Origin: a bacterium
GTDB lineage: Bacteria > UBP15 > UBA6099
Direction: 5' to 3'
Length of the DNA: 64,000 bases
Assembly (NCBI GenBank): GCA_041664945.1
Contig: JBAYJY010000004.1
Coordinates: 1,173-65,172, forward strand
The position numbers were made by a program, and so were the translations under genes. Below are positions 44,573 to 53,272 of the stretch, piece after piece (position 1 is the first letter of the stretch; the number at the start of each line of letters is the position of its first letter). The notes under the pieces are model-generated. The model searched no databases. It was not told where the DNA came from and was given only the letters and a program-made list of their open reading frames with translations.

Positions 44573-47500
44573 TTATGCTTCCTTGTCCCGGTTCCGTTCC
44601 GTTGTCGCTATGGCATACACATGCCCTACTTCATTTACAAGCGCCGTGGCTGTCAGCCACACATCCACGATCCGGCCGTCTTTTGCTATCCGCTGCGTGA
44701 AATAGGGTTCGACAACCCCGGATTGGCTAAGCCGCTTGACAGTCGCAAGCTCTTCCTTGCGCCTGCTCTCCGGAATCAGGTCGCGCACATTCATCTTTAT
44801 CGCTTCCGCCTCGCTCCAGCCGTACATCCTCACTGCCCCCGGATTCCATTCCATTATGCGCCCGTTCAAATCCTGAACCGTGATGCAGTCGCGCGAGTCG
44901 CGCACAACTATGGCAAGCCGGCTTAATGCTTCGCTTTTTTTCAACGACTCCCTCGCCCTCTTTATCTCCGTGATGTCCACAAAAGTGATCACGGCTCCTT
45001 CAATCACATTCTCTATCGTCCGATATGGGCGGATGCGCAACTGATACCACAAGCCCGCCTTTGTCTGCGTTTCAACTTCCTTCATTACCAGATTGTCCAA
45101 CACACCCTGCACATCCTCCTCCAGCCTGTCATAGCCGGCGAGATTCGAGGCTATGTGTCCCACCGGCCTCCCGACATCCGTCGGGATCAGATTGATAATC
45201 TCCCTGACGGTCGGCGTGAACCGCTGGATGTGAAGCTTGCTGTCAACGAAGATGATGCCTATTCCCGTTCCAGCAAGTATGTTGCTCATGTCGTTGTTTG
45301 CCCGCGATAAATCAGACACCTTCTGCATCAGCTCGGCGTTAACCGTTGCTAACTCCTCGTTCACCGATTGCAGTTCTTCTTTTGACGTCTCTAATTCCTC
45401 GTTTGTGGACTGAAGCTCCTCGTTGACCGACTGCATCTCTTCGTTCGAGGATTTAAGCTCCTCATTGGATGTCTCCACCTGCTCGATCGTGGCCTGGAGG
45501 TATTCCTCCTTCACGAGCAGTTCCTTCCTTAGCGCCGCGATAAGCTCCTCAGAGTCCGAAGCCGTCAAGGCTGCGCCATCTGTAGAACCCTCAGCCTTCG
45601 TGTTTTGTTTCCGGTCCGTCTCCGGCGCTTCCTCGAAAACAACGAGAAGCAAATCGCGCGCTTCTTCAGCGCCGCCGATTTCCGCAACGGGACTTATCGT
45701 AAGATTGATTGTCGTAAAATCGCCGTTGGTTTTGACCCGCAGGCCCGTGCGCCTGACTGCCACCCGTTGGGCGGCCGCGCTTTGCATGGCTGCGGTTAAA
45801 TCACGCTTCAATCCTTCGCGCGCCATATTGAGAATATTCATTCCGGCCTCGCCCGGAGCAGGCTCGAGATATCGGCCCGTACGGCCATGGAGAAAGAGTA
45901 TGTCGCCGCGCCTGTTGATAAGCGCTCCCGCCGGAACAAATTGCTCCAACAGCGTCCGTTCGGCCAAATCGCGAAGCGACATCTTTTTTTCGCCTCGCTC
46001 ATTCTTCGAAAGCCGCGCCGCCGTTCCCTGTTCAGATATTGGCGGAATAATATTCCCCATGACAAGGCGATGAATGCCGGAAATGTCCTCTTTGCGCTGA
46101 TATAGCTTGGAATTGCGATCCAGCGTGTTGAAAATGTCGCCAAACCCGCCCACCGTCTCAGACGTGCCCAGAAAGAGAAATCCGCCCGGCTTCAAAGCGT
46201 AGTGGAACAAAGGTATGAGCTTCTTTTGAAGATCTCCATCCATATAGATTAGCAAATTACGGCAACTGATCAGGTCGAGTTTTGAAAACGGAGGGTCTTT
46301 GATCACATTCTGCTCTGAAAAGATAAGTATATCGCGTATCTTTTTCGAGACGCGGAAGACGCCGCCGTCCGCTTCCCGCGTAAAGAACTTTTCAAGCCGT
46401 TCCGGCGAAACGTCGGCTGTGATGCCCGGATGATAAACGCCGGCTCGGGCATGTTCGATGGACGAGCGATCTATGTCTGTCGCAAAAACCTGCAAAATGA
46501 AATTCTGCTTGAGAGATTCCAGATGTTCGTATAGAAGTATAGCGATGGAATATGCTTCCTCGCCGGTGGAACAGCCGGGAACCCAGACCCGCACGGATGA
46601 GCCGGAAGGCCTTCCTGCAAAAAGTTCAGGAATGACACGTTCATTGAGCGCCTTGAACGCTTCCGTGTCGCGGAAAAAGTTTGTTACTCCGATCAGCAAA
46701 TCGCGAAACAGGGCCTCCACCTCGGTTGGAGTTTGCCGCAAATAGCGAATATACTCTTCCAGACCCTCGATCTGATGAACAGCCATGCGCCGCTCGACGC
46801 GTCGTAATATTGTGCTCTGTTTGTATTGGGAAAAATCGTGCCCGGTCTGGCTGCGCAACAACACGAATATCTTCTTAAACGCGTTTTCCGCTGCGGGCGG
46901 TTTTTGAGATGCGGAGCTTTGTTTTGCTCCGAACGCTCGCGTGGAGTAGGCGATCAGCCGGGCCGGCATCTCAGCAGGCGGCAACACATAATCCACCATT
47001 CCGGTGGCTATTGCGCTGCGCGGCATGCCGTCGAATTCCGTCGATTCCGGATTCTGCGCCATCGCCATGCCGCCCTCTCCCTTGACCGCGCGCACTCCGA
47101 GCGCTCCGTCGCTTCCGGTTCCCGAAAGGACAATGCATATAGCCCGCTCGCGCTGGTCGTGAGCGAGAGTTCGGAAAAAAAAGTCTATCGGCATTCGTTG
47201 CCCGCGCGACTCGACCGGTTCGAGCAACTGCAATGTCCCGTCCATGAAAGCCATGTCCCGGTTGGGCGGAATGATATATGCGCAATTAGGCTTCACCCGC
47301 ACGCCGTCCTCGACTTCAAACACCTGCATCCGCGTATATCGCTTGACCAAGTCGGTCAGGATGCTCTTGTGGTCCGGCGCAAGATGCTGCACAAGCACAA
47401 ATGCCATGCCGGGATCGGCGTCGGCTGGCATTCCTGAAAAAAATGCTTCAAATGCCGCCAGCCCCCCGGCAGACGCGCCTATGCCGACAACCGGAAATCC

Positions 47501-47605
47501 GGCGCCCTCTTTACTTTCTTCAGCCTCCGCCGCTAATTCAACCCCTGTCACTTTTTCGCCCTTCTTTGCCTCTTCTTCCATATCGTTTTTTTTCTTAACT
47601 GCCAT
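44573..47605 (-). CDS. CheB-like methylesterase / CheR-like methyltransferase fusion with coiled coil and C-terminal PAS domains
   Basis: FPVVGIGASAGGL (CheB-type), TNFFRD and RVWVPGCSTGEEAYSIA (CheR SAM-binding region), the heptad-like coiled coil ...NEELQSTNEELETSKEELQSVNEEL..., then two PAS-like blocks. Confidence 0.85.
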   Translation of the reverse strand: MAVKKKNDMEEEAKKGEKVTGVELAAEAEESKEGAGFPVVGIGASAGGLAAFEAFFSGMPADADPGMAFVLVQHLAPDHKSILTDLVKRYTRMQVFEVEDGVRVKPNCAYIIPPNRDMAFMDGTLQLLEPVESRGQRMPIDFFFRTLAHDQRERAICIVLSGTGSDGALGVRAVKGEGGMAMAQNPESTEFDGMPRSAIATGMVDYVLPPAEMPARLIAYSTRAFGAKQSSASQKPPAAENAFKKIFVLLRSQTGHDFSQYKQSTILRRVERRMAVHQIEGLEEYIRYLRQTPTEVEALFRDLLIGVTNFFRDTEAFKALNERVIPELFAGRPSGSSVRVWVPGCSTGEEAYSIAILLYEHLESLKQNFILQVFATDIDRSSIEHARAGVYHPGITADVSPERLEKFFTREADGGVFRVSKKIRDILIFSEQNVIKDPPFSKLDLISCRNLLIYMDGDLQKKLIPLFHYALKPGGFLFLGTSETVGGFGDIFNTLDRNSKLYQRKEDISGIHRLVMGNIIPPISEQGTAARLSKNERGEKKMSLRDLAERTLLEQFVPAGALINRRGDILFLHGRTGRYLEPAPGEAGMNILNMAREGLKRDLTAAMQSAAAQRVAVRRTGLRVKTNGDFTTINLTISPVAEIGGAEEARDLLLVVFEEAPETDRKQNTKAEGSTDGAALTASDSEELIAALRKELLVKEEYLQATIEQVETSNEELKSSNEEMQSVNEELQSTNEELETSKEELQSVNEELATVNAELMQKVSDLSRANNDMSNILAGTGIGIIFVDSKLHIQRFTPTVREIINLIPTDVGRPVGHIASNLAGYDRLEEDVQGVLDNLVMKEVETQTKAGLWYQLRIRPYRTIENVIEGAVITFVDITEIKRARESLKKSEALSRLAIVVRDSRDCITVQDLNGRIMEWNPGAVRMYGWSEAEAIKMNVRDLIPESRRKEELATVKRLSQSGVVEPYFTQRIAKDGRIVDVWLTATALVNEVGHVYAIATTERNRDKEA

Positions 47606-47835
47606 AATAGTTCTCCCGAGTTCCGACTAAGACAAATATAAAATGCTCTCTCACGGCATTTCCGAATATTCATTCACGACATTTAATTATGTGATGCCTA
47701 ATATATAGTTACATATAAAATAACAACAAAGTCATAAATATTGTTTTAATTATAATATATTCTGATTGAATCGAAAATGCGCCGGTGGAATTCGACTTTT
47801 CGTGTCTGCCGTTTAATTGCGAGGAATCTTTATCC

Positions 47836-48543
47836 TTATTCCGTGACGCCGAGATAAGCGTGGCGGACGCGGTCATTGTTCAATAGCGACTTTGCCGAGT
47901 CGGCGAGCGCGATGCGGCCGCTCTCGATCACATACCCGCGCGCAGCGACGGACAGCGCCATGTTCGCGTTCTGCTCGATCAGCAGAATCGCCGTGCCTCC
48001 CGCGTTTATCTTCTGAATCGTTTCGAAAATCGTCTCCACAACCTTCGGCGCCAGCCCAAGCGACGGCTCGTCGAGCAGCAGCAGCTTCGGCGCGCTCATC
48101 ATCGCCCGCCCGATCGCCAGCATCTGCTGCTCGCCACCGCTCAGCGTGCCGCCCAACTGCCCGCGCCTTTCCGACAACAGCGGAAATATCGCAAACACCG
48201 CGTCAAGCTCGCTCTTGATTTTCCCCGGCGCCCGCGTGAACGCGCCCATCTCGAGGTTCTCTAAAACCGTCATTTCGGCGAAGATGCGCCTCCCCTCCGG
48301 CGCGAGCGAGACGCCGAGCCTCACTATCGCATGCGCCGGCGTTCGCGTTATATCCCTGCCTTCGAGCGTGATCCGGCCCGTCCGGGCGCGCAGCAGCCCC
48401 GCGATCGTCTTCAGCGCCGTCGTCTTCCCGGCGCCGTTGCCGCCGATCAGCGTCACAATCTCGCCGCCGCCCACCTCGATGCTTATCCCGGACAGCGCCT
48501 CGATCTTCCCGTACGATGTGTATATGTTTTCTACTTTTAACAT
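47836..48543 (-). CDS. livF: Branched-chain amino acid ABC transporter, ATP-binding protein
   Basis: Walker A GGNGAGKTT, signature LSGGEQQML and Walker B LLLLDEPS. The size and position are LivF-like. Confidence 0.85.
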   Translation of the reverse strand: MLKVENIYTSYGKIEALSGISIEVGGGEIVTLIGGNGAGKTTALKTIAGLLRARTGRITLEGRDITRTPAHAIVRLGVSLAPEGRRIFAEMTVLENLEMGAFTRAPGKIKSELDAVFAIFPLLSERRGQLGGTLSGGEQQMLAIGRAMMSAPKLLLLDEPSLGLAPKVVETIFETIQKINAGGTAILLIEQNANMALSVAARGYVIESGRIALADSAKSLLNNDRVRHAYLGVTE

Positions 48544-48600
48544 GTTCTTTTGGCTTTATCTTTAGCCTATGGCCTAATGCCGTTTTTTCCCTTGTCTTTT

Positions 48601-48641
48601 ACCCGGGACCCGGGACCCAAAACCCGAGACCCGAGACCCGA
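48601..48641 (+). repeat. Short tandem repeats within the livG-livF intergenic gap
   Basis: ACCCGGGACCCGGGACCC AAA ACCCGAGACCCGAGACCCGA: 7-nt units doubled twice, preceded by a T/C-rich tract. Confidence 0.8.
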
Positions 48642-48646
48642 TCTTT

Positions 48647-49423
48647 TCATCCCGCCTCTTTCTTCTTTCCGAGATAGGCTTCGATCACTCGTTCGTTCTT
48701 CTGAATCTCGGCCGGCAGCCCCTCGGCGATCTTCTCTCCGTAGTCGAGCGCTATTATCCGTTCGGAGATGCCCATCACCACCCGCATGTCGTGCTCGATC
48801 AGCAACACCGCCACTCCGCAATCGCGAATCCGGCGGATCAGTTCCATGATCGATTCCGACTCCGACGGATTCATGCCGGCCGTCGGCTCGTCGAGCAGAA
48901 TCAGCGCCGGGCCGGTCGCCATCGCTCGCGCGATCTCAAGCCGCCTCTGCTCGCCATAGGGAAGATTGCGCGCAAGCTCGTTCGCCCGCGCCGTCAGACC
49001 CACGAACGCGAGCCACTCGCTCCCCTTCTCCTCCGCCTCCGCCTCACACCTCTTGAACGGCCCCGTCCTCAGCGCCGCCGACGCCATCCCGCCGCGCATC
49101 CGGCAGGTGTAGCCGACCATCACGTTCTCGGCCACCGTCATGTTCTGAAACAGCCTCAGATTCTGGAACGTTCGCGCTATCCCTATCCGTGTGATCCTGT
49201 TCGGCTTCAGATTTCCTATCTTCGTTCCCTTGAAATTTATCGCGCCGGACAGCGGCTGATAGACGCCGGTAAGCAAATTGAAAACAGTCGTCTTCCCCGC
49301 GCCGTTCGGCCCGATAAGCGACACGATCTCCCGCGCGGCCACCGCGAACGATACATTCTCGACCGCGCGAACGCCGCCGAAATGTATCGTCAGGTTTTGG
49401 ACGTCGAGAAGCGCGTCGCCCAT
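48647..49423 (-). CDS. livG: Branched-chain amino acid ABC transporter, ATP-binding protein
   Basis: Walker A GPNGAGKTT, signature LPYGEQRRLEIARA and Walker B LILLDEPTAG, with a LivG-type C-terminal extension. Confidence 0.85.
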   Translation of the reverse strand: MGDALLDVQNLTIHFGGVRAVENVSFAVAAREIVSLIGPNGAGKTTVFNLLTGVYQPLSGAINFKGTKIGNLKPNRITRIGIARTFQNLRLFQNMTVAENVMVGYTCRMRGGMASAALRTGPFKRCEAEAEEKGSEWLAFVGLTARANELARNLPYGEQRRLEIARAMATGPALILLDEPTAGMNPSESESIMELIRRIRDCGVAVLLIEHDMRVVMGISERIIALDYGEKIAEGLPAEIQKNERVIEAYLGKKKEAG

Positions 49424-49424
49424 C

Positions 49425-50531
49425 TCAGTCTCCCCCGGCCGGAACGTCGGCCCCGGTTTTCCTTACGTTAAACCGCGGCCGCTTCGGCGGTATCAGCCCC
49501 TGCGGCCGGAATATCACCATCGCTATCATTATCACGCCGAATATCAGCATCCGCGCGAGTATCAGACTGTCGTAAAATGATTTCATCGCCGACGCGCCGC
49601 CCACTCCCGAAAACTGCTGCAAAATGTCGCGCAACACTTCCGGTATCCCCACGATCAGCAGCGCCCCGAGCAGAACCCCCGCCGTGCTCCCCATCCCGCC
49701 GAGCACTATCATGCACACCAGCAGCACCGACTCCCAGAACGTGAACAGTTCGGGCGTGATGAACCCCACCCAATGCGTGTAGACACAGCCGGCCACCCCC
49801 GCGAAAAACGTGCCCGCCGCGAACGCCTGCACCTTCATCGCCGTCGTGTTCACCCCCATGATCTCCGACGCCGATTCGTCCTCGCGGATGGACACCCACG
49901 ACCGGCCGACGCGCGAGTTGTGCAGCCTCAGCAGCACGAACACCGTCCCCAGCGCCAGCAGCAGTATGAAGTAGTAATAGCCGAGATCGGTGTCGAGCTT
50001 GAGAACATGCCCGGCGAGCGTTAGTTGCGGAGCAGCTATCGTCTGCCCCACCCCCGGCAGCCCCTTCGGCCCGTTCGTTATCGAATCGAGATTGTTAAGC
50101 CCGAGACGCACGATCTCCACGAACCCGAGCGTCACTATCGCTATGTAATCGCCTCGCAGCCTCAGCGTCGTCATTCCTATCAGCGCTCCCGCCGCGGCCG
50201 CCGCGAGTCCGCTTATCGGCAACAGAATCCAGAACGACAGATGCAGATGTATGGACAGCAGCGCGGCGGTGTAGGCGCCGATCCCGTAAAACGCCGCATA
50301 TCCCAGATTCAGAATTCCTGTGTATCCGATGATCACGTTAAGCCCGAGCGCGAGAAGCGCATATATCGCGATCAGCCCGGCCACATGAATAAGATGATCC
50401 TGTTGATAATACTGAAGAACCTGCGGCAGCAGAACCGCGACGACTATCCCCAAGCCCGTCCAGAGCCGGACATACGTCCGCCGCTCCGGCGCGACTCCGT
50501 TGGCTTTGCTTTTGTTCGTTTCGTCAGTCAT
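49425..50531 (-). CDS. livM: Branched-chain amino acid ABC transporter permease
   Basis: 368-aa polytopic protein with a LivM-type conserved stretch ...GYTGILNLGYAAFYGIGAYTAA.... Its first codon lies 1 nt from the livG end. Confidence 0.8.
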   Translation of the reverse strand: MTDETNKSKANGVAPERRTYVRLWTGLGIVVAVLLPQVLQYYQQDHLIHVAGLIAIYALLALGLNVIIGYTGILNLGYAAFYGIGAYTAALLSIHLHLSFWILLPISGLAAAAAGALIGMTTLRLRGDYIAIVTLGFVEIVRLGLNNLDSITNGPKGLPGVGQTIAAPQLTLAGHVLKLDTDLGYYYFILLLALGTVFVLLRLHNSRVGRSWVSIREDESASEIMGVNTTAMKVQAFAAGTFFAGVAGCVYTHWVGFITPELFTFWESVLLVCMIVLGGMGSTAGVLLGALLIVGIPEVLRDILQQFSGVGGASAMKSFYDSLILARMLIFGVIMIAMVIFRPQGLIPPKRPRFNVRKTGADVPAGGD

Positions 50532-50551
50532 TACTTTTAAATATCACCACT

Positions 50552-50627
50552 GAGTCACGGAGTCACGGAGAAAAAACAATTCGGGCGCCACCCACAACCC
50601 TGTTGTGGGTGTTGTCCTGCAACAACC
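50552..50627 (+). repeat. Tandem 8-mer plus palindromic element in the livH-livM gap
   Basis: GAGTCACGGAGTCACGGAG (50552-50570), a hairpin CACCCACAAC-CCTG-TTGTGGGTG (50589-50611), and GTTGTCCTGCAAC. Confidence 0.75.
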
Positions 50628-50669
50628 CTTCTCTGTGTCTCTTCTCCTCCGTGGTTCTCTTTTTCTCTC

Positions 50670-51575
50670 TTACAACTTATTCGCCGCTTTCCTGCCGAGC
50701 AGTCCCTGCGGACGAAACACCAGAACGAGTATCAGTATTATAAACGCGAACACATCCTTATACGCCGACGAAATGTAGCCGGCTGCGAGACTCTCGATAA
50801 TGCCGAGCGCGAAACCGCCGATCATCGCTCCGCGCACGTCGCCGATCCCGCCAAGCACCGCCGCCGTGAACGCCTTGATGCCCGGCACGAATCCCATGTT
50901 GTACTTCACGCTTCCATAGTACATCCCGTTGAGCGCGCCCGCCGCGCCGCCAAGCGCCGCGCCTATGAAAAACGTCAGCGATATCACCGCGTTGACATTT
51001 ATCCCCATCAGCTTCGCCGTCTCCGCGTCCTGCGACGTCGCCCGCATCGCCTTGCCCAGCTTCGTGTACTTCACAAACAGGTGCAGCGTCGCCATCAGCG
51101 CCACCGACACCACGACTATGATTATCTGCAGCGACGAAATCGACGCCGTCCCGCTGATTTTGTAAACGTGCAGCGGAACAGTTTCCGGAAACGGTTTCGA
51201 TTCCGGACTGACGACTATCATCATGAAATTCTGGAGAAAAATGGAGACGCCGATCGCGCTGATGAGCGGCGCCAGACGCGGCGCGTTCCGCAGCGGCCGG
51301 TAGGCGATGAACTCCACCGCCACGCCGAGCAGCGCCGTGCAGAACATCGCCGCCGCCAACGCGCCCACAACGAGCAGCGCCGGCGAACCCTGAAACCAGT
51401 GCAGCTTCTCGAACAGCAGCAGCGCGAAGACGCCGAAGTAGGCGCCCATCATGAATATCTCGCTGTGCGCGAAGTTGATTAAAAGCAGGATTCCGTAAAC
51501 AAGCGTATAGCCAAGCGCGATAAGCGCGTAGATGCTTCCGAGCGTCAGTCCGTTGATTAACTGCTGAAGCAGCAT
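50670..51575 (-). CDS. livH: Branched-chain amino acid ABC transporter permease
   Basis: 301 aa with MLLQQLINGLTLGSIYALIALGYTLVYG, the classical LivH N-terminus. Confidence 0.85.
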   Translation of the reverse strand: MLLQQLINGLTLGSIYALIALGYTLVYGILLLINFAHSEIFMMGAYFGVFALLLFEKLHWFQGSPALLVVGALAAAMFCTALLGVAVEFIAYRPLRNAPRLAPLISAIGVSIFLQNFMMIVVSPESKPFPETVPLHVYKISGTASISSLQIIIVVVSVALMATLHLFVKYTKLGKAMRATSQDAETAKLMGINVNAVISLTFFIGAALGGAAGALNGMYYGSVKYNMGFVPGIKAFTAAVLGGIGDVRGAMIGGFALGIIESLAAGYISSAYKDVFAFIILILVLVFRPQGLLGRKAANKL

Positions 51576-51680
51576 TAATTCTTCAATCTATCCGTTAATA
51601 TTTGATCCGGCGCGAGAAAAATGGGGACTGGCAACGCGGCTTTTTCGCTGTGCCTGTGCCCGATTATTCTTGCTGTTGCG

Positions 51681-52832
51681 TTATTTCAACGTTTCAAACT
51701 TCCCGTTCTTTACAACGTACACCGTGACCGCCTTGTTCAGCGTGTCGCCGTTCGCGTCGAACTGCGTTTCGCCGATCACCCCGTTGTATTTGATTCCGTG
51801 AACGTAGTCCGCGATCTTCTTGCGGTCCGGCCCGACGTTCATCACGGCGTCGATGATAATCCCGGTCGCGTCGAACGTGTAGGCGTCGTAAGGCTGAAAC
51901 GCAACATTCGGGAACCGTTTTTTGTACGATTCGATGAACTTCTCGGCGGTCGGCAGCCGCTCCGGCGGCGCGCCGATCATCGTCGCGATGTCGCCCGCCG
52001 TCGCCCTGCCGCCTATCTTCATATACTCCGGCGAAAACATCCCGTCGCCGCTGACTAACGGTATCGTCATTCCGAGTTCCTTCGACTGCTTCGCGATCAG
52101 GCCGCTCTCGCTGTACATGCCCCCGTAATATATCGCCTGCGGGTTCTCGCTCTTTATCTTCGTCAGCACCGCCTTGAAATCCTTGTCTCCGAGCGTGATT
52201 CCGTTGAACGACGTCACGACGCCCTTGTCCCTGATAAACTGTTTCTGGAATTCCTCGGCGAGCCCCTGCCCGTACGTCGTTTTGTCGTGCATCACCGCGA
52301 CCCGTTTAATTCCTTTTTCATTCATTATGAAATCCGCCGCGAAACTGCCCTGCACGTTGTCCGTCGTGCACACGCGAAACACGTTTTTCAAACCCTGCTG
52401 CGTCAGCTTCGGATTCGTCGACGCCGGCGAAATCATTATGATGCCCCTGCGCGCGTAAACCTGCGACGCCGGGATCGAGCACTGGCTGTTCAGATGTCCG
52501 ACGACTCCCACGAGCGCCTGGTCCGAAATCAACAGGTTCGCGCCGTTCACCGCTTCTTTCGGGTCAGCCCGGTCGTCGACCGAACTCAACACGAATTTGA
52601 TCTTTTTCGCCTTAACGTCAGCGCGCGCGTTCGCCTGCTCCACCGCCAGCGTCGCCCCGTTGTTCATCCCCTGCCCCATCGCCGCTATGTCGCCCGTCAA
52701 CGGCACGATCAGCCCTATCTTAACTATCTTGTCACCGCCGGCCTTCTTGCCCGCGCAACCCGTCACGCCAGCCAAACACGCGACGCTCAGAATCACACAT
52801 GCTATTAGAACAGGAATTCGTTTCGACACCAT
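51681..52832 (-). CDS. Branched-chain amino acid ABC transporter substrate-binding lipoprotein (LivK/LivJ-type, type I PBP)
   Basis: Lipobox LAGVTGC, then ...KIGLIVPLTGDIAAMGQGMNNGATLAVEQAN..., typical of Leu/Ile/Val-binding proteins. Confidence 0.8.
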   Translation of the reverse strand: MVSKRIPVLIACVILSVACLAGVTGCAGKKAGGDKIVKIGLIVPLTGDIAAMGQGMNNGATLAVEQANARADVKAKKIKFVLSSVDDRADPKEAVNGANLLISDQALVGVVGHLNSQCSIPASQVYARRGIIMISPASTNPKLTQQGLKNVFRVCTTDNVQGSFAADFIMNEKGIKRVAVMHDKTTYGQGLAEEFQKQFIRDKGVVTSFNGITLGDKDFKAVLTKIKSENPQAIYYGGMYSESGLIAKQSKELGMTIPLVSGDGMFSPEYMKIGGRATAGDIATMIGAPPERLPTAEKFIESYKKRFPNVAFQPYDAYTFDATGIIIDAVMNVGPDRKKIADYVHGIKYNGVIGETQFDANGDTLNKAVTVYVVKNGKFETLK

Positions 52833-52982
52833 ATTTGCCTCCAGATACTCAATTAATTCACGCCTATTCTACATGCGCCCGCGCGAAATAACAACCGGTG
52901 TTTTCATGTTGTTTTCTCACATAATATTCCGTCGCCCGCCCCGGCCAACGCATGCGCGGCAACATGCAATGTCTGATTGAAA

Positions 52983-53041
52983 TGTAGGGGCGGGATTAAA
53001 TCCCGCCCCAGTCAGGGGCAGGTTTGAAACCTGCCCCTACA
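52983..53041 (+). repeat. Nested double-hairpin GTAGGGGC-type palindromic element
   Basis: TGTAGGGG-CGGGATTAAATCCCG-CCCCAGTCAGGGG-CAGGTTTGAAACCTG-CCCCTACA: two internal stem-loops enclosed by an outer 8-bp stem. Confidence 0.8.
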
Positions 53042-53272
53042 TCGGAACATGACATTAGCGCCTTGTTCTCGTTGCCACGCTTCGCGTGGTAATTCAGACA
53101 AGACCGTTCAGCCGGCTGCTTTGCCCTCGATGCTCGCTACTGCATTTCACAACCGTCATACCCGCCGGAGAACCGGAACCCATTTTCTAATATGTGGTTG
53201 TTGCCGTATGGCGCTATGTGGTATGATGAAAAATAGATGAATCAGAGGATACAACTCGAAAGTTGAACTTTT

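Noticed and set aside
52983-53041. The double hairpin as a tRNA-like or other structured RNA gene
   Set aside because: It is only 59 nt, with two near-perfect G/C hairpins and no T-loop (GTTCRA), D-loop or anticodon-arm features. Related GTAGGGGC elements at 58200-58267 point to a REP-type repeat family.
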